Shown here: one piece after another, positions 1 to 11,335 of the stretch
Numbering within the stretch: the stretch's first letter is position 1
Layout: the number at the start of each line of letters is the position of its first letter
Assembly (NCBI GenBank): GCA_964535385.1
Contig: CAZHSY010000003.1
Coordinates: 18,529 to 82,528 of the forward strand
Direction: 5' to 3'
DNA length: 64,000 bases
Source of the DNA: an uncultured Candidatus Saccharibacteria bacterium
GTDB lineage: Bacteria; Patescibacteriota; Saccharimonadia; CAILAD01; GCA-016700035
Translations under genes and position numbers: made by a program
The notes under the pieces: model-generated
What the model saw: only the letters and a program-made list of their open reading frames with translations
What the model was told of the DNA's origin: nothing
Database searches by the model: none

Positions 1-149
1 CCAGCCAAGCTTGAGAGCAAGACTCGTCGCATAGAGTTTCCGATGGTCATACCGTAGCCAGGGTGAAGTGGTTCTGCCACGAACCGGCTGGTATAATCGG
101 CAACCTTTTCCTCTTTCATTTCCGGAAGGTTAATATCGTATAACGCCAT
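1..149 (-). CDS. rpoA: DNA-directed RNA polymerase alpha subunit, N-terminal 50 codons (gene continues off-window)
   Basis: The reverse strand from 149 translates as [50 protein letters not shown], a typical RpoA N-terminus. An AAGGAG ribosome-binding site lies 4 nt upstream, and the gene follows rpsD as in the alpha operon. Confidence 0.8.
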   Translation of the reverse strand, partial: MALYDINLPEMKEEKVADYTSRFVAEPLHPGYGMTIGNSMRRVLLSSLA

Positions 150-179
150 GATGACTCCTTTTTTACTTATCCGCTTCGA

Positions 180-797
180 CTAGCGCGAGTAATATTCAAT
201 GATTAATTGTTCTTCAATATGCTGATCACTATCAGCCCGCAACGGTAACCCAGTGACGGTCCCGATCAACTTCTTATGATCGGCCTTGAGCCAGCTCGGC
301 TGTTCAACCGGAGTGTCTTTAAGGCTTTCGGTTAGACTGGTGAAATAAACGTTCTTCTGACTACCGGTCTTCACAGTAATAACATCGCCAGGCCTAACTT
401 GATAAGAAGGCACATCAACCTTCTTGTCATTTACTCGCAAGTGGGCATGGCTTACAATCTGGCGGGCCGCCTGTCGCGAAGGTGCAAACCCAAGTCGATA
501 GGCAACGTTGTCGAGGCGACGCTCGAGAATTCCGAGCAGATTCTCACCGGCTACCCCATCACGGCGAATAGCTTCGTTAACATAGCGACGAAACTGCTTT
601 TCCATAACACCATACAAACGCTTAACTTTCTGTTTCTCGCGCAATTGTACAGCGTAGTCAGATGGTTTTGGACGTCGCGCCTGGCCGTGCTGACCCGGGG
701 CATAGGCTCGTCGAGTCAAGGCTTTTGCAGCCTTTGGGTGGAGCTGTACGCCTTCGCGACGAGATAATTTTGCAATGGGGGTAAGATTTCGTGCCAT
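180..797 (-). CDS. rpsD: 30S ribosomal protein S4
   Basis: 205-aa ORF with an S4 N-terminus (MARNLTPIAKLSRREG…) and an S4 RNA-binding domain. It sits in the alpha-operon position. Confidence 0.95.
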   Translation of the reverse strand: MARNLTPIAKLSRREGVQLHPKAAKALTRRAYAPGQHGQARRPKPSDYAVQLREKQKVKRLYGVMEKQFRRYVNEAIRRDGVAGENLLGILERRLDNVAYRLGFAPSRQAARQIVSHAHLRVNDKKVDVPSYQVRPGDVITVKTGSQKNVYFTSLTESLKDTPVEQPSWLKADHKKLIGTVTGLPLRADSDQHIEEQLIIEYYSR

Positions 798-800
798 GAT

Positions 801-1190
801 TTAGTTCCGTTTTGCCTTTCGTGGTCGACAGCCGTTATGCGGTACGCCGGTAATGTCGCGAATACTTGATACGGCTACACCAGTTGATTGTAAAGCTCGG
901 ACAGCACTCTCGCGCCCAGAGCCGATACCCTGAACGACTACTTCAACCTTCTTTAAGCCAAAATCCTTGGCCTTCTCTAGGGCTTTCTCGGTAGCAATCT
1001 GGGCAGCGTATGGGGTACTCTTGCGTGATCCCTTAAAACCAGCCGAACCAGCCGAAGCCCAAGCCACAACGTTACCGGCTTCGTCGGTCACACTAATGAT
1101 GGTGTTATTAAAGGTAGCCTGAACGTGCACCACTCCCTTAGGGAGGTTACGTTTGACCTTGCGGCGTCGAGTTTTAGTAGCTTGTGCCAT
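801..1190 (-). CDS. rpsK: 30S ribosomal protein S11
   Basis: 129-aa ORF with conserved S11 motifs (…[21 protein letters not shown]…). Confidence 0.95.
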   Translation of the reverse strand: MAQATKTRRRKVKRNLPKGVVHVQATFNNTIISVTDEAGNVVAWASAGSAGFKGSRKSTPYAAQIATEKALEKAKDFGLKKVEVVVQGIGSGRESAVRALQSTGVAVSSIRDITGVPHNGCRPRKAKRN

Positions 1191-1223
1191 ATTCCGTTTC
1201 CTTACTTGCTTTCTTAAACAGCC

Positions 1224-1610
1224 TTACGTCTTCGACGCAGCCTTTTTACGGCCAGAGCCCATGGTCATCTTACGGCCACGCTTGGTGCGAGCATTCGTCT
1301 TGGTGCGCTGCCCACGTGATGGCAGGCCAGCACTGTGACGCAAACCACGATAAGCCTTGATTTCTTTCAGGCGCTTGATATTCAGACTTACCTTACGCAT
1401 CAAGTCAGCTTCAACTTCATAGTTTTGATCAATCTCAACACGTAGATCAGACAGGTCTTTTTCGCTTAGATCCTTCACGCGAATATCTGGGTTAATCTTA
1501 AGTTTAGCCAAGATATTATGCGAAGAAGTTAGACCAATACCGTGCACATAGGTAAGTGCGATTTCGATCCGCTTATCATTGGGGATATTTGTACCAGCAA
1601 TACGAGCCAT
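1224..1610 (-). CDS. rpsM: 30S ribosomal protein S13
   Basis: Start taken at internal Met29 ([10 protein letters not shown]…). The ORF-track start at 1694 would overlap rpmJ. Confidence 0.93.
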   Translation of the reverse strand: MARIAGTNIPNDKRIEIALTYVHGIGLTSSHNILAKLKINPDIRVKDLSEKDLSDLRVEIDQNYEVEADLMRKVSLNIKRLKEIKAYRGLRHSAGLPSRGQRTKTNARTKRGRKMTMGSGRKKAASKT

Positions 1611-1611
1611 A

Positions 1612-1725
1612 CTAACCTTGTCTCTGCTTATGTTTAGGGTTTTCACAAATGACGCGTACGACGCCGCGGCGACGGACGACCTTACACTTATCACAGATGG
1701 GTTTTACACCGGCACGAACTTTCAC
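1612..1725 (-). CDS. rpmJ: 50S ribosomal protein L36
   Basis: 38-codon ORF absent from the ORF track because it is shorter than 60 aa. It starts at GTG and translates as [37 protein letters not shown] (CxxC…C…H zinc ribbon). An AAGGAA ribosome-binding site lies upstream and the gene abuts the rpsM start. Confidence 0.9.
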   Translation of the reverse strand: MKVRAGVKPICDKCKVVRRRGVVRVICENPKHKQRQG

Positions 1726-1760
1726 TTGTAATTCCTTGATTGATTAATACGAACTATTGC

Positions 1761-1982
1761 CTAGCGATGACGATAGGTAATGCGGCCCTTTTCAAGATCA
1801 TAGGGGGTCATCTCAAGAGTGACTTTATCCCCTGGTAGGATCTTGATGTAGTGCATACGCATCTTGCCCGAAACATGGGCCAAAACAACATGACCGTTTT
1901 CGAGCTCTACTTTAAACTTAACGTTTGGCAGGGCTTCGATCACAGTGCCTTCTACTTCGATTACTTCCTTTGTATTGGCCAT
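1761..1982 (-). CDS. infA: Translation initiation factor IF-1
   Basis: 73-aa ORF with an S1-like OB fold (…[25 protein letters not shown]…). Confidence 0.95.
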   Translation of the reverse strand: MANTKEVIEVEGTVIEALPNVKFKVELENGHVVLAHVSGKMRMHYIKILPGDKVTLEMTPYDLEKGRITYRHR

Positions 1983-2054
1983 AAGATTCGTTACAGTTTT
2001 CCAGTTTACCCTATTCCAACAGATATGTAAAGGGTTCTACAGGTGGAATATGCA

Positions 2055-3371
2055 TTAATAGCGTTCATAGGTTGCCATGAGGACCTTTGATTCCATCTCG
2101 CGCTTGGTTTCAATCGCAACTGAGACCAAGATAAAGACAGCTGTGCCACCAAGAGCTACGGCTTGGTTGCTATTGAGGGCACGATCTATAAGGAGCGGCG
2201 AAATTGCCACTACGCCTAGGGCCAGGGCGCCAAAAAGATTTAAGCGACGAATCACTGAGCCGAGATACTTGGAGGTTTCTTTCCCGGGACGTATACCTGG
2301 TATAAATCCACCTTGCTTTTGAAGATTCTCAGCAATTTCATTTGGCTTAAAGACAATTGAAGTATAGAAGAACGTAAAAGCAAAGATTAATACAAAGTAG
2401 GTCACAATATACACCATGTTGGTAGACGTAAACCAAACCGTGAGGTTTTGGGCCAGCTTCGCCACCCAGGCGGTCTGAGCACCCTTTAAGAGGTTGCCAA
2501 TCGCCGTAGGGACCGACAGTAGAGTCAGAGCGAAGATTACCGGAATAACTCCTGCCGAGATCAGGCGCAAAGGCAGGTGCGTATCGACGCTCTTGTATCG
2601 ATCAAGAGCGGCTCGCCGACGGGCGTAGGATATGGGAATGTTACGTTGGGCCTCGTTAACGACCACTACGAAATAAATAGTAGCAAGCGTTACAAAGAGT
2701 ACCAGCCCAACCTTCAATATCTGACTACTGTCTCCCTGTAAGAGTGTCGTTTGTTGAGCTAAGGTACCTGGCAAGCTAGCGCAAATACCGGCTGCAATAA
2801 GGATCGAAATACCATTCCCAAAACCTCGCTCGGTAATAAGTTCCCCAAGCCACATCAAGAACATACTACCAGCCGTCAGAGATAATATTAAGAATGCATA
2901 CTGCGCAATTGACGGGTTACCAACCAAGTCACTGCCAGCCGTTTGCCGGGAGATCTGACGGATCAAAGCAATTACTGCAAAAGACTGAACGAAAGCCATC
3001 GGTACCGCTAGAATACGCATGTACTGGTTGAGCTTGTTCCGACCACGCTCACCTTCTTTCGAGAGGGCCTCCCAACTTGGTATCACCTGCTGCAAGAGCT
3101 GTACGATAATCGAGGCGGTAATATATGGCCCAATTCCAAGTGAAATAATTGAGAAGTTTGCCAGGGCTCCACCAGTAAAAAGATTAGCTAGCCCTAGGAG
3201 TGGCGTACGGCTAAAAAAAGATACTAGATAAGTTTGCAACTCCTTGGTATTGGCAATCGGTGCCGGGACATGAGTCAACAGACTGTAGGTAGCAAGAATA
3301 ATCAAGATGACAAACAAGCGCTTGCGCAGATCGCGATTCTTCCAGACCAACGGTAATGTCTTGAGATTCAT
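2055..3371 (-). CDS. secY: Preprotein translocase subunit SecY
   Basis: 438-aa polytopic membrane protein with SecY signature segments. It follows rplO as expected. Confidence 0.95.
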   Translation of the reverse strand: MNLKTLPLVWKNRDLRKRLFVILIILATYSLLTHVPAPIANTKELQTYLVSFFSRTPLLGLANLFTGGALANFSIISLGIGPYITASIIVQLLQQVIPSWEALSKEGERGRNKLNQYMRILAVPMAFVQSFAVIALIRQISRQTAGSDLVGNPSIAQYAFLILSLTAGSMFLMWLGELITERGFGNGISILIAAGICASLPGTLAQQTTLLQGDSSQILKVGLVLFVTLATIYFVVVVNEAQRNIPISYARRRAALDRYKSVDTHLPLRLISAGVIPVIFALTLLSVPTAIGNLLKGAQTAWVAKLAQNLTVWFTSTNMVYIVTYFVLIFAFTFFYTSIVFKPNEIAENLQKQGGFIPGIRPGKETSKYLGSVIRRLNLFGALALGVVAISPLLIDRALNSNQAVALGGTAVFILVSVAIETKREMESKVLMATYERY

Positions 3372-3403
3372 GTCCCTCCTTACTTTGAGGCGTTTTGCGC
3401 CAA

Positions 3404-3889
3404 CTACTTATCGGATTTTTTGGTGTCAGCAGTAGCTTTGGTGGTTTTTGGCAATGCAGCAATTGTAACACTGCCGCCAACTTTCTCCACCGCATTAATA
3501 GCCTGCGTCGTAGCTGCTTGTACAGTTAGCTTGAAGGCCGTGCTGACTTCACCATCACCAAGTAGTTTAACTGGTCGATCAGCATACTTGGCAATGCCGG
3601 CTTGAGCCAAGCTCTGAGCTGTCACAGTTGTAGCCTTATGGCGAGCTAGATCTTGGAGGTTAATCGTCTGGTAGCTAACGTTTGGAGCGTGCTTGAAACC
3701 ACGGGCCTTCGGCAGACGCATAGCCAATTTTGTCTGACCACCCTCAAAGCCAGGTTTAAGTTTCTTGCCGGTACGAGCTTTTTGACCTTTGGTACCACGA
3801 CCAGCTGTTTTGCCACCGCCGGCAGAGATGCCACGACCAACTCGTTTACGGGCAGTCTTGGTAGCAATGTCTAGTTCATGAATTCTCAT
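3404..3889 (-). CDS. rplO: 50S ribosomal protein L15
   Basis: Gly/Lys/Arg-rich N-terminus (…[23 protein letters not shown]…). It lies directly after rpsE, with no L30 gene between them. Confidence 0.9.
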   Translation of the reverse strand: MRIHELDIATKTARKRVGRGISAGGGKTAGRGTKGQKARTGKKLKPGFEGGQTKLAMRLPKARGFKHAPNVSYQTINLQDLARHKATTVTAQSLAQAGIAKYADRPVKLLGDGEVSTAFKLTVQAATTQAINAVEKVGGSVTIAALPKTTKATADTKKSDK

Positions 3890-4404
3890 ACTGTTACTTC
3901 CTCGGTCTTTTGATTCTTATCAGCAGATACTGGACTAATTTCGTCAGTTTTGAGGCTTTTGAGTGCTTCAATGGTGGCTGAAGCATTATTGATCTTATTC
4001 GTACTACCAAGAGATTTGGTAAACACATCGCGTACTCCGGCTATTTCAAGTACAGATCGGACTGCGCCGCCAGCAATCACGCCAGTACCAGCTGGAGCTG
4101 GTTTCATAAAGACTTTGGCGCCACCAAACTTGACGGTGATTTCGTGGTTGATAGTAGTCCCGTTGAGCTGCACATGGATCATCTGTTTGCGTGCAATGGC
4201 AGTTGCCTTCTGGATAGCACTAGCTACATCCCGACCTTTACCGACACCAAAACCTACGCTACCCTTACCATCGCCTACTACAACTGTTGCACGGAAGCGA
4301 AAACGACGCCCACCTTTAACTACTCGAGCTACACGATCGAGAGCAATCATGCGCTCAGTAAGATCTGACTCGCGATTCTCAGGGAAATTTGTACGAGGGG
4401 CCAT
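3886..4404 (-). CDS. rpsE: 30S ribosomal protein S5
   Basis: Start chosen at the internal Met (MAPRTNF…) because the longer ORF overlaps rplR. S5 dsRBD and C-terminal domain motifs are present. Confidence 0.9.
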   Translation of the reverse strand: MAPRTNFPENRESDLTERMIALDRVARVVKGGRRFRFRATVVVGDGKGSVGFGVGKGRDVASAIQKATAIARKQMIHVQLNGTTINHEITVKFGGAKVFMKPAPAGTGVIAGGAVRSVLEIAGVRDVFTKSLGSTNKINNASATIEALKSLKTDEISPVSADKNQKTEEVTV

Positions 4405-4405
4405 A

Positions 4406-4771
4406 TTAGAACTCCAATCCTTTTTGGCGGGCCGCATCAGCCAAGGCGGCGACCCGACCATGGTATTGCTTTGCGCCGCGATCAAACACAACCTGCGTAA
4501 CTTCGGCTTGAGCGGCGACTTCAGCGATTTTTTCACCAACAAACGTTGCCTTCTCGGTCAAGCTAGTTTTAGCTAAGCTCTTCTCGCCTAAGCTAGAAGC
4601 AGCAGCCAATGTGCGGCCAGTTGTATCGTCGATAATCTGAGCAGAAACTTGCTGCAGGGAGACTTGCACACTCAAACGTGGACGCTGGCTCGTGCCACGA
4701 ACCTGTGAACGTGTGCGTAAAGCTCGACGAGTAGTGTGCTGTAGTTTATTGCGTAATTCTTTGGTTTGCAT
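4406..4771 (-). CDS. rplR: 50S ribosomal protein L18
   Basis: 121-aa ORF resembling L18, in the spc-operon position. Confidence 0.9.
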   Translation of the reverse strand: MQTKELRNKLQHTTRRALRTRSQVRGTSQRPRLSVQVSLQQVSAQIIDDTTGRTLAAASSLGEKSLAKTSLTEKATFVGEKIAEVAAQAEVTQVVFDRGAKQYHGRVAALADAARQKGLEF

Positions 4772-4784
4772 AATCTTAGATCCT

Positions 4785-5327
4785 CTAAGCGCCCTTCACC
4801 GCGGTCTTACCGGCCTTACGGCGGATGCGCTCATCGACATATTTAATACCCTTACCTTTATATGGCTCTGGCTTACGCAGCGCACGGATCTGCGCCGCAA
4901 CCTGGCCAACTTGCTGTTTATCAATGCCCTTAACAGTAATAATATTACCTTCAATGACCAGCTCGATACCCTCGGGGGCAGCAAAATCAATCTTGTGTGA
5001 GTAACCGAGTGAAAAGCTTAAGTCTGAACCTTTCTTCTCAACTCGAAAACCAACACCATTCATCTCGAGCTTCTTTTCAAAGCCCTGCGTAACACCTTGA
5101 ACGGCGTTATTGATCAATGTGCGCAAGAGGCCAAAAAGAGCAGCTGTCTCGCGATTCTCGAGTTGCTTCTGAACAGTCAACGTTCCCTCAGATTGCTCAA
5201 TAGCAAAGCCTTCTGGCAAGGCTACGGTCAGCTCGCCCTTTGGGCCTTTTACTAACACTTCACTGTCGGCTGCAGTTACTTCAGTACCGGTTGGAATTGT
5301 AATGGGGTTACGACCAATTCGACTCAT
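4785..5327 (-). CDS. rplF: 50S ribosomal protein L6
   Basis: 180-aa ORF with the duplicated L6 domain. Confidence 0.93.
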   Translation of the reverse strand: MSRIGRNPITIPTGTEVTAADSEVLVKGPKGELTVALPEGFAIEQSEGTLTVQKQLENRETAALFGLLRTLINNAVQGVTQGFEKKLEMNGVGFRVEKKGSDLSFSLGYSHKIDFAAPEGIELVIEGNIITVKGIDKQQVGQVAAQIRALRKPEPYKGKGIKYVDERIRRKAGKTAVKGA

Positions 5328-5328
5328 C

Positions 5329-5724
5329 TCACCATACCTTGCAAATTAATTCACCACCCAGACCACGGGCGCGGGCTTCGTAGCCAGTCATAACGCCGGC
5401 TGAAGTAGAGACGATCATAATACCACGCCCACCGAGCACGCGTGGAATATCATCGCGCTTAGCGTACATTCGACGGCCTGGCTTGGAAACGCGCTCCAAG
5501 GTAGTAATCGACTTAGTTGTTTGAGTTGGGTCGATATTCAAAACCAAGCTTGAGAAGACGCCCGCTTCGGTTTTCTTTACACCAGCTACGTAGCCATTCT
5601 TCTTGAGAATATCGGCTAGAGTGTGCTTGAGCTTTGAATAAGGGATCACCACCTCCGACTTGCCAACCTGGGCGGCATTCCGGATGCGAGTCAACATATC
5701 TGCAATGGGATCTGTAGTTATCAT
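5329..5724 (-). CDS. rpsH: 30S ribosomal protein S8
   Basis: 131-aa ORF beginning MITTDPIADMLTRIRNA, a typical S8 N-terminus. Confidence 0.95.
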   Translation of the reverse strand: MITTDPIADMLTRIRNAAQVGKSEVVIPYSKLKHTLADILKKNGYVAGVKKTEAGVFSSLVLNIDPTQTTKSITTLERVSKPGRRMYAKRDDIPRVLGGRGIMIVSTSAGVMTGYEARARGLGGELICKVW

Positions 5725-5734
5725 AATGTATTCC

Positions 5735-6004
5735 TTACCAACTAGCCTTTCTCACGCCTGGGATCTGGCCTTTGGAGGCGTTCTCCCGGAATGTAATCCG
5801 ACTTAAACCGTAGCGGCGAATATAGCCTCGACTTCGACCAGTGATAGCGCACCGATTACGTTGTCGAATTGGATTCGAGTTGCGCGGTAAACTGGCTAGG
5901 CCTTCATAGTCACCGGCAGCCTTCATCTCGGCTCGCTTGGCAGCATACTTATCAGCCAGCTCAGCTCGTTTTTTTTCACGTTCGAATAATGCTTTGCGAG
6001 CCAT
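5735..6004 (-). CDS. rpsN: 30S ribosomal protein S14 (89 aa, non-zinc type)
   Basis: C-terminal …[26 protein letters not shown]… identifies S14. The Cys pattern does not match the short zinc type. Confidence 0.9.
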   Translation of the reverse strand: MARKALFEREKKRAELADKYAAKRAEMKAAGDYEGLASLPRNSNPIRQRNRCAITGRSRGYIRRYGLSRITFRENASKGQIPGVRKASW

Positions 6005-6555
6005 TACTTTTTCTCCTTTCTTTCCAATGGAACACCAAGCGCTCGTAAGAGAGCCTCGCCCTGTTTGGGGTTTTGAGCGGTAGTTACCAGGGTAATTTGC
6101 ACGCCGTGGGTCAAACTAGCATCTTCGTAATTGATCTCTGGAAAAACAGTCTGTTCTGCTAAACCAATACTATAGTTACCCTGCGGGTCAAAAGCCTTAA
6201 CTGACAAGCCGTGGAAGTCACGCAAGCGTGGCAAGACAATTGCGTCAAGGCGATCTAAGAAGTCATACATGTGCACCCCCCGCAAGGTAACTTTAGCGCC
6301 GATCGACTGACCTTCGCGCAGCTTAAAACCAGCAATACTGTTCTTGGCTTTGGTAATAATTGGCGCCTGACCAGTGATCTTACGCAGAGTAGCAACAGCG
6401 TTATCAAGATATTTTTGATCTTGCACGGCTCGTCCGACACCAACTGATACGACAATTTTCGTCAGTTTTGGTGTTTGGTGGACGTTTGCTAACTTAAGAT
6501 CAGTCTTGAGCTGGGCGGCCGACTTAGTTCGATATTGTTCGAGTACGCGATTCAT
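6004..6555 (-). CDS. rplE: 50S ribosomal protein L5
   Basis: 183-aa ORF resembling L5, in the spc-operon position. Confidence 0.93.
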   Translation of the reverse strand: MNRVLEQYRTKSAAQLKTDLKLANVHQTPKLTKIVVSVGVGRAVQDQKYLDNAVATLRKITGQAPIITKAKNSIAGFKLREGQSIGAKVTLRGVHMYDFLDRLDAIVLPRLRDFHGLSVKAFDPQGNYSIGLAEQTVFPEINYEDASLTHGVQITLVTTAQNPKQGEALLRALGVPLERKEKK

Positions 6556-6923
6556 GAGGCAGCCTCCGCCTTCTTAGGAGCTTTAGATTTTGCAGGAGTC
6601 TTCTTGGTAGCTTTTTTATTACTAAAAGCCGACACTTTGAAAACGCGTTCCTTCACACCCGAGGCATTTAGCTTGTAGCTGACACGAGCTGGTTTATTGG
6701 TCTTAGGATCTAAAACCTGGACCTTCGATACATCAAGTGGTCGTGATACTTCGACAATGCCACCACGAGGATTGCTCTGAGTTGGCTTCATGTGGCGCTT
6801 GGCAATATTAATATTATCGACCACGATCTTATTGGCCTTAGGAAGAATAGCGATAATCTCACCAGTCTTGCCTTTGTCGCGACCAGCCGTCACCATAACT
6901 TTATCTTTAAGTTTAAGCTTCAT
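6552..6923 (-). CDS. rplX: 50S ribosomal protein L24
   Basis: KOW motif and a Lys-rich C-terminal tail. Confidence 0.9.
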   Translation of the reverse strand: MKLKLKDKVMVTAGRDKGKTGEIIAILPKANKIVVDNINIAKRHMKPTQSNPRGGIVEVSRPLDVSKVQVLDPKTNKPARVSYKLNASGVKERVFKVSAFSNKKATKKTPAKSKAPKKAEAAS

Positions 6924-7291
6924 TAGAGAACCTCCGGCGCGAGTGAAACAATTTTCATATAGCCACGGTCACGCAGTTCGCGTGCGACTGGCCCAAAGAT
7001 ACGGGTGCCTCGTGGCTGACCCTGCTTATCAATGATGACAGCCGCATTCTCATCGAATCGAATTGAACTACCGTCAGCTCGCTGGGTTGGCTTAACGCTA
7101 CGCACCACGACTGCCTGAACGACTTCTTTTTTCTTGACAGTTCCGTTTGGAGTAGCCTGCTTAACTGAAGCGGTAATAATATCACCGACTGCAGCATAGC
7201 GACGTTTACTGCCGCCAAGCACCTTGATGCACATGATTTTCTTAGCACCAGTGTTGTCGGCCAAACGCAAAACTGTCTGTGGCTGAATCAT
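6923..7291 (-). CDS. rplN: 50S ribosomal protein L14
   Basis: 122-aa ORF beginning [18 protein letters not shown], a typical L14 N-terminus. Confidence 0.95.
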   Translation of the reverse strand: MIQPQTVLRLADNTGAKKIMCIKVLGGSKRRYAAVGDIITASVKQATPNGTVKKKEVVQAVVVRSVKPTQRADGSSIRFDENAAVIIDKQGQPRGTRIFGPVARELRDRGYMKIVSLAPEVL

Positions 7292-7539
7292 TTGGCGCCT
7301 CCAGCAGCTTTTAATATCTGACTGACCGTAAAGCGCTTGTGAGCACTCATCGGCCGAGTCTCTGTGACTTCGACAACATCACCTAGCTGGCAGGTGTTGT
7401 CAGCATCGTGAGCCTTAAACCGAGTTGTCACCTTGTACTGCTTCTTGTATACCGGATGATTCTTAATGCGCTCAACACTAATCACGACGGTTTTATCCAT
7501 CTTGTTTGAAACAACAGTACCAGTCATTTTTCTACTCAT
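7288..7539 (-). CDS. rpsQ: 30S ribosomal protein S17
   Basis: 83-aa OB-fold protein, in the expected position. Confidence 0.9.
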   Translation of the reverse strand: MSRKMTGTVVSNKMDKTVVISVERIKNHPVYKKQYKVTTRFKAHDADNTCQLGDVVEVTETRPMSAHKRFTVSQILKAAGGAK

Positions 7540-7753
7540 GGGCGGCCTCCAGGGCGGCTAGTTCGCGTTCGGACTGAACAGTGAGGGCTCGAGCGATAGA
7601 ACGCTTGAGTTCGCGAATCTGCTTTACTTGTTTAACTTCTTTCGTCTTCATATCAATTACCGTCTGCGCCAGAATTTGACGTTGCTCAGTAATAAAAGCG
7701 GTCAATTCCTGGTCATTCTTGGTAGTTAAATCTTTCATAATCTTGTGACTCAT
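7532..7753 (-). CDS. rpmC: 50S ribosomal protein L29
   Basis: 73-aa helical protein, in the expected position. Confidence 0.88.
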   Translation of the reverse strand: MSHKIMKDLTTKNDQELTAFITEQRQILAQTVIDMKTKEVKQVKQIRELKRSIARALTVQSERELAALEAAHE

Positions 7754-8175
7754 GAGGCTTCTCCTACTGTTTCACGAATAACGAAGCGAGTCTTCATGGG
7801 TAGCTTACGGCCAGCTAAGCGCATAGCTTCCTTGGCAACTTCTTCGGTCACCCCATCAAGCTCAAATACGATCTTGCCGGCTTGAATCTTGGCCACGTAG
7901 TGATCGACAGCACCCTTACCAGAACCCATCCGCACTTCGTTTGGCTTCTGAGTAACAGGCGTATGCGGGAAAACACGGATCCAAACCTTACCACCGCGCT
8001 TGATGTAACGAGTCATAGCTCGACGAGCAGCTTCGATCTGACGTGAAGTCAGGCGCTCGTTCTCGAGAGCTTTCAAGCCATACTTACCGAAGCTAATCTC
8101 GGTACCGCGAGTAGCAACACCGCGATTCTTGCCCTTAAAGGCTTTGCGAAATTTAGTTTTACGTGGAAGCAACAT
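7750..8175 (-). CDS. rplP: 50S ribosomal protein L16
   Basis: 141-aa ORF beginning [11 protein letters not shown], a typical L16 N-terminus. Confidence 0.95.
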   Translation of the reverse strand: MLLPRKTKFRKAFKGKNRGVATRGTEISFGKYGLKALENERLTSRQIEAARRAMTRYIKRGGKVWIRVFPHTPVTQKPNEVRMGSGKGAVDHYVAKIQAGKIVFELDGVTEEVAKEAMRLAGRKLPMKTRFVIRETVGEAS

Positions 8176-8177
8176 GA

Positions 8178-8804
8178 CTACTCACCTTCTCCTGTGTAAA
8201 CCCAAGCCTTTACGCCGATGATGCCATAGGTGGTATTGGCTTCGGCGGTAGCGTAGCTAATCTTGGCCCGAATGGTATGCAGCGGAATGCTACCGAGAGC
8301 GACTTGTTCACGACGAGCCATATCAGCTCCGTTCAGGCGTCCAGAAACAGCTACTTTCACGCCCAGGGCGCCAGCTTTCATGCTGTTTTCGGCGGTGTTT
8401 TTCAGAACTCGACGAAACGGCATACGACGCTCAAGCTGGCTCGCGATATTATTAGCAACTAGTTGAGCCTCCAGGTCCGGCTGGCGAATTTCTTCAATAT
8501 TAACACGCATCTTGCCGCTAACGATTTTTGACAATGACTTCTTGAGAGCTTCAGCGCCAGAGCCACCTCGACCAATCACCACACCTGGTTTGGCAGTAAA
8601 GATAGAGATGATGGTTTCACCAGTATTGCGCTCAATCTCTACCTGGGCCACGCTAGCCCGAAAACCAAGCTGCTCGCCAATAGTCTTTCTGATCAGAAGG
8701 TCTTCTTTAAGAAGATCTTTAAAGCCACGCTTGGCGAACCAGCGACTCCGCCACTGACGATCAGCCTGCAAACGCATTGAGATTGGATTGATTTTTTGTC
8801 CCAT
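8178..8804 (-). CDS. rpsC: 30S ribosomal protein S3
   Basis: 208-aa ORF beginning [12 protein letters not shown] with KH and S3-C domains. Confidence 0.95.
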   Translation of the reverse strand: MGQKINPISMRLQADRQWRSRWFAKRGFKDLLKEDLLIRKTIGEQLGFRASVAQVEIERNTGETIISIFTAKPGVVIGRGGSGAEALKKSLSKIVSGKMRVNIEEIRQPDLEAQLVANNIASQLERRMPFRRVLKNTAENSMKAGALGVKVAVSGRLNGADMARREQVALGSIPLHTIRAKISYATAEANTTYGIIGVKAWVYTGEGE

Positions 8805-9214
8805 TACTTGGTTTCCTTCTTTTCAACCGGCTTCTTGTCGGTAGCTTTAGCAGCCTTAGTGGCTGGCTTAACTGGCTCTACTACTTCATCGGTGACCACC
8901 AGGGTCAGGTGGGCCATAGGGTGCAAAATCGGGGCGGCCATACCACGTGACCGAGGTCGCCAACGCTTCAGTTTTGGCCCTTGATCGACTTTAATCTCGG
9001 CAATACTGAGGGTGCTCTTGCGGGCATTATGATTATTCTCGGCGTTAGCAACTGCACTCTTGAGGGCTTCAGCAACTAACTCTGCACCTTTCTGAGGCAT
9101 GGCGGCCAAGCGCCGCTCGGCTTCACCCACGCGGGCACCGCGAACAGCATCTGCACTAAGACGCAGCTTGCGTGGAGAGATCTTCAGATATTTAGCTTTT
9201 GCGTGAGTTTTCAT
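8804..9214 (-). CDS. rplV: 50S ribosomal protein L22
   Basis: 136-aa ORF with the L22 fold and a basic C-terminal extension. Confidence 0.9.
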   Translation of the reverse strand: MKTHAKAKYLKISPRKLRLSADAVRGARVGEAERRLAAMPQKGAELVAEALKSAVANAENNHNARKSTLSIAEIKVDQGPKLKRWRPRSRGMAAPILHPMAHLTLVVTDEVVEPVKPATKAAKATDKKPVEKKETK

Positions 9215-9219
9215 GAGTA

Positions 9220-9495
9220 TTATCCTTGAGACTTCGCTAACTTACCACCGTGGCCCTTAAACTTACGAGTTGGTGCAAATTCACCAAGCTTGTGTCCGAC
9301 CATATTTTCAGTAATGAAAACTGGCAAATGAGTTTTGCCGTTATGTACAGCAATTGTCCGGCCAACCATTTCTGGCGTAATAGAACTAGCTCGCGCCCAA
9401 GTTTTAATGATGGTCTTATCGTTAGGACCTAAAGCGCTAACTTTCTTCATAAGCTTAAAGTCTACGTAAGGACCTTTTTTCAGTGAACGACTCAT
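9220..9495 (-). CDS. rpsS: 30S ribosomal protein S19
   Basis: 91-aa ORF beginning [12 protein letters not shown], a typical S19 N-terminus. Confidence 0.95.
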   Translation of the reverse strand: MSRSLKKGPYVDFKLMKKVSALGPNDKTIIKTWARASSITPEMVGRTIAVHNGKTHLPVFITENMVGHKLGEFAPTRKFKGHGGKLAKSQG

Positions 9496-9498
9496 AGC

Positions 9499-10329
9499 CT
9501 ACTTCCCTTTCCTTCGGCGAATAATATAGCGATCAGTGGCCTTATTCCGGCGCGTCTTCGCACCCAGAGCTGGCTTACCCCATGGAGTTACTGGTCGTTT
9601 CAGACCAATCGGGCTGCCACCCTCACCACCACCGTGGCGGTGATCATTCGGGTTCATGGCCTTACCACGAACAGTTGGACGAAAGCCAAGTCGACGTTTG
9701 CGGCCAGCTGAGCCAATGCGCACAAGACTATGACTAACGTTACCGACTACACCAATCGTAGCGGCGCACTCGAGACGGACCTGACGCATTTCGCCAGATG
9801 GCAGCTTAATAGTCGCAAAGTCACCTTCCTTAGCGGCCAGCTGCGCCTTCATGCCAGCGCTACGGACCAATTGGCCACCCCTACCAGCCGAGAGTTCAAT
9901 GTTATAGATCGTACTACCTACTGGAATACCACTCAGCGGCATGCGGTTATGGTCTCGGATTTCTACATCATCCTTACCGGCTTGAACGGTGTCACCTGGC
10001 TTAAGACCGCTACCAGCCAAGATATAGGCACGCTTACCATTGACGTCGCGTATAAGAGCAATATTAGCTGAGCGACCTGGGTCATATTCGATACCAACTA
10101 CTTCAGCTTGAGTCATGCCAGTCTGCTTAAAGTCGACAATACGCAGAGCACGTTTAGCTCCGCCACCGCGATGACGAACAGTGATCTTACCTTGGTTGTT
10201 GCGGCCAGCATTCTGCTTGCGCTTCAGGATTAGTGACTTCTCTGGCTTAGCCTTGGTGATTTCAGCAAAATCGCTGACACTCATTGCGCGGCGAGCAGCG
10301 GTATTGGCTTTGTAAACTCGAACGGCCAT
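9499..10329 (-). CDS. rplB: 50S ribosomal protein L2
   Basis: 276-aa ORF with L2 signatures. Confidence 0.95.
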   Translation of the reverse strand: MAVRVYKANTAARRAMSVSDFAEITKAKPEKSLILKRKQNAGRNNQGKITVRHRGGGAKRALRIVDFKQTGMTQAEVVGIEYDPGRSANIALIRDVNGKRAYILAGSGLKPGDTVQAGKDDVEIRDHNRMPLSGIPVGSTIYNIELSAGRGGQLVRSAGMKAQLAAKEGDFATIKLPSGEMRQVRLECAATIGVVGNVSHSLVRIGSAGRKRRLGFRPTVRGKAMNPNDHRHGGGEGGSPIGLKRPVTPWGKPALGAKTRRNKATDRYIIRRRKGK

Positions 10330-10331
10330 GG

Positions 10332-10688
10332 TTATTTCGCCCCAACTTTCTTAGTCTTTTTCTTGGCTTTCTTAGCAGCAGCGTCTTCCTGAGCTTGAGC
10401 TTCGGTGTCTTCTTGACCAAGATCAAAGGCCTCAATCTTCTGGCCTTTTACGAGCTGCACGTAGGCTTTTTTGCGATTAGATCGACGACCTTTAATCTGA
10501 CGATAGGTCTTAACTTTGCCCTTCATAATAGCCATGCGCACATCGGTGGTCTCTACCTTGAAGAGATCCTCAACGGCTTGAGCCACGGTCAGCTTATTGG
10601 CTTCCATTGGGACGATGAATGTATACACACCGTGAGCTGCTTGGTGCAGGCTTTTTTCAGTAATAACCGGCTTGATGACGAGACTCAT
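10332..10688 (-). CDS. rplW: 50S ribosomal protein L23
   Basis: 118-aa ORF with an L23 core and a Lys/Ala-rich C-terminal tail. Confidence 0.9.
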   Translation of the reverse strand: MSLVIKPVITEKSLHQAAHGVYTFIVPMEANKLTVAQAVEDLFKVETTDVRMAIMKGKVKTYRQIKGRRSNRKKAYVQLVKGQKIEAFDLGQEDTEAQAQEDAAAKKAKKKTKKVGAK

Positions 10689-11335
10689 TTGGCAGTTCCT
10701 TTGATGGTGGGTGCTAACCAGGTGCTCAGTGTTTCAAGAGAATCCTTACTGAGCAACACAACATCAGCATTCATGATGGCATAGACGGTTAGACTCTGAG
10801 TAGGGATTACAGCTACGGTTTGTATATTACTCACAGCCTGTCGGGTCTTCATAGAAACGGTATTACCCACTACCAAGACTTTGCCAGTCAATTTTAGCTT
10901 ATCGATAAAAGCTACAGCGTCCTTGGTCTTGCCAGAAGTAATTTCAAAATCTTCAATCACCTGAATACCACTGTGCTCGACCTTAAGCGACAGAGCCTGA
11001 GCAATACTGGTACGAATCGCTTTCTTCGGCAATGTAATAGAGTAGTTTTCTTCGCCAGTTGGACCAAAGATCGTACCGCCACCGCGCCAGAGTGGGTTAC
11101 GAGTACTGCCACTACGAGCTCGGCCGGTGCCTTTTTGGCGAAATGGCTTCTTGCCACCACCACTAATGAGGCCACGAGTTTTGGTCTGGGCATTAGATTG
11201 GCGCTGGTTAGCCAAAGTACGGTTGTAAGCAGTCTTGATGAGTTCTGGCGTTACTTCACGACCGAATACAGCCTTATCAAGCGTAGCTTCAGTGGTGGCC
11301 TTGGTGCCACTTTTAGTAAAAGTTGGAACCTTCAT
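10685..11335 (-). CDS. rplD: 50S ribosomal protein L4
   Basis: 216-aa ORF resembling L4, in the S10-operon position. Confidence 0.93.
   Translation of the reverse strand: MKVPTFTKSGTKATTEATLDKAVFGREVTPELIKTAYNRTLANQRQSNAQTKTRGLISGGGKKPFRQKGTGRARSGSTRNPLWRGGGTIFGPTGEENYSITLPKKAIRTSIAQALSLKVEHSGIQVIEDFEITSGKTKDAVAFIDKLKLTGKVLVVGNTVSMKTRQAVSNIQTVAVIPTQSLTVYAIMNADVVLLSKDSLETLSTWLAPTIKGTAK

Noticed and set aside
3950-4576. 208-aa plus-strand ORF, and many other plus-strand ORFs of 60–230 aa. Examples: 399..767, 9730..10071, 10284..10784, 11458..12063, 16050..16739, 22557..22940, 35563..36117, 45370..46109 and 47392..47880.
   Set aside because: All lie antisense within well-supported minus-strand genes (r-proteins, fusA, rpoC, recG, clpC, nusA). 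They are low-complexity or Arg/Ser-rich and lack ribosome-binding sites. They are typical antisense shadow ORFs.
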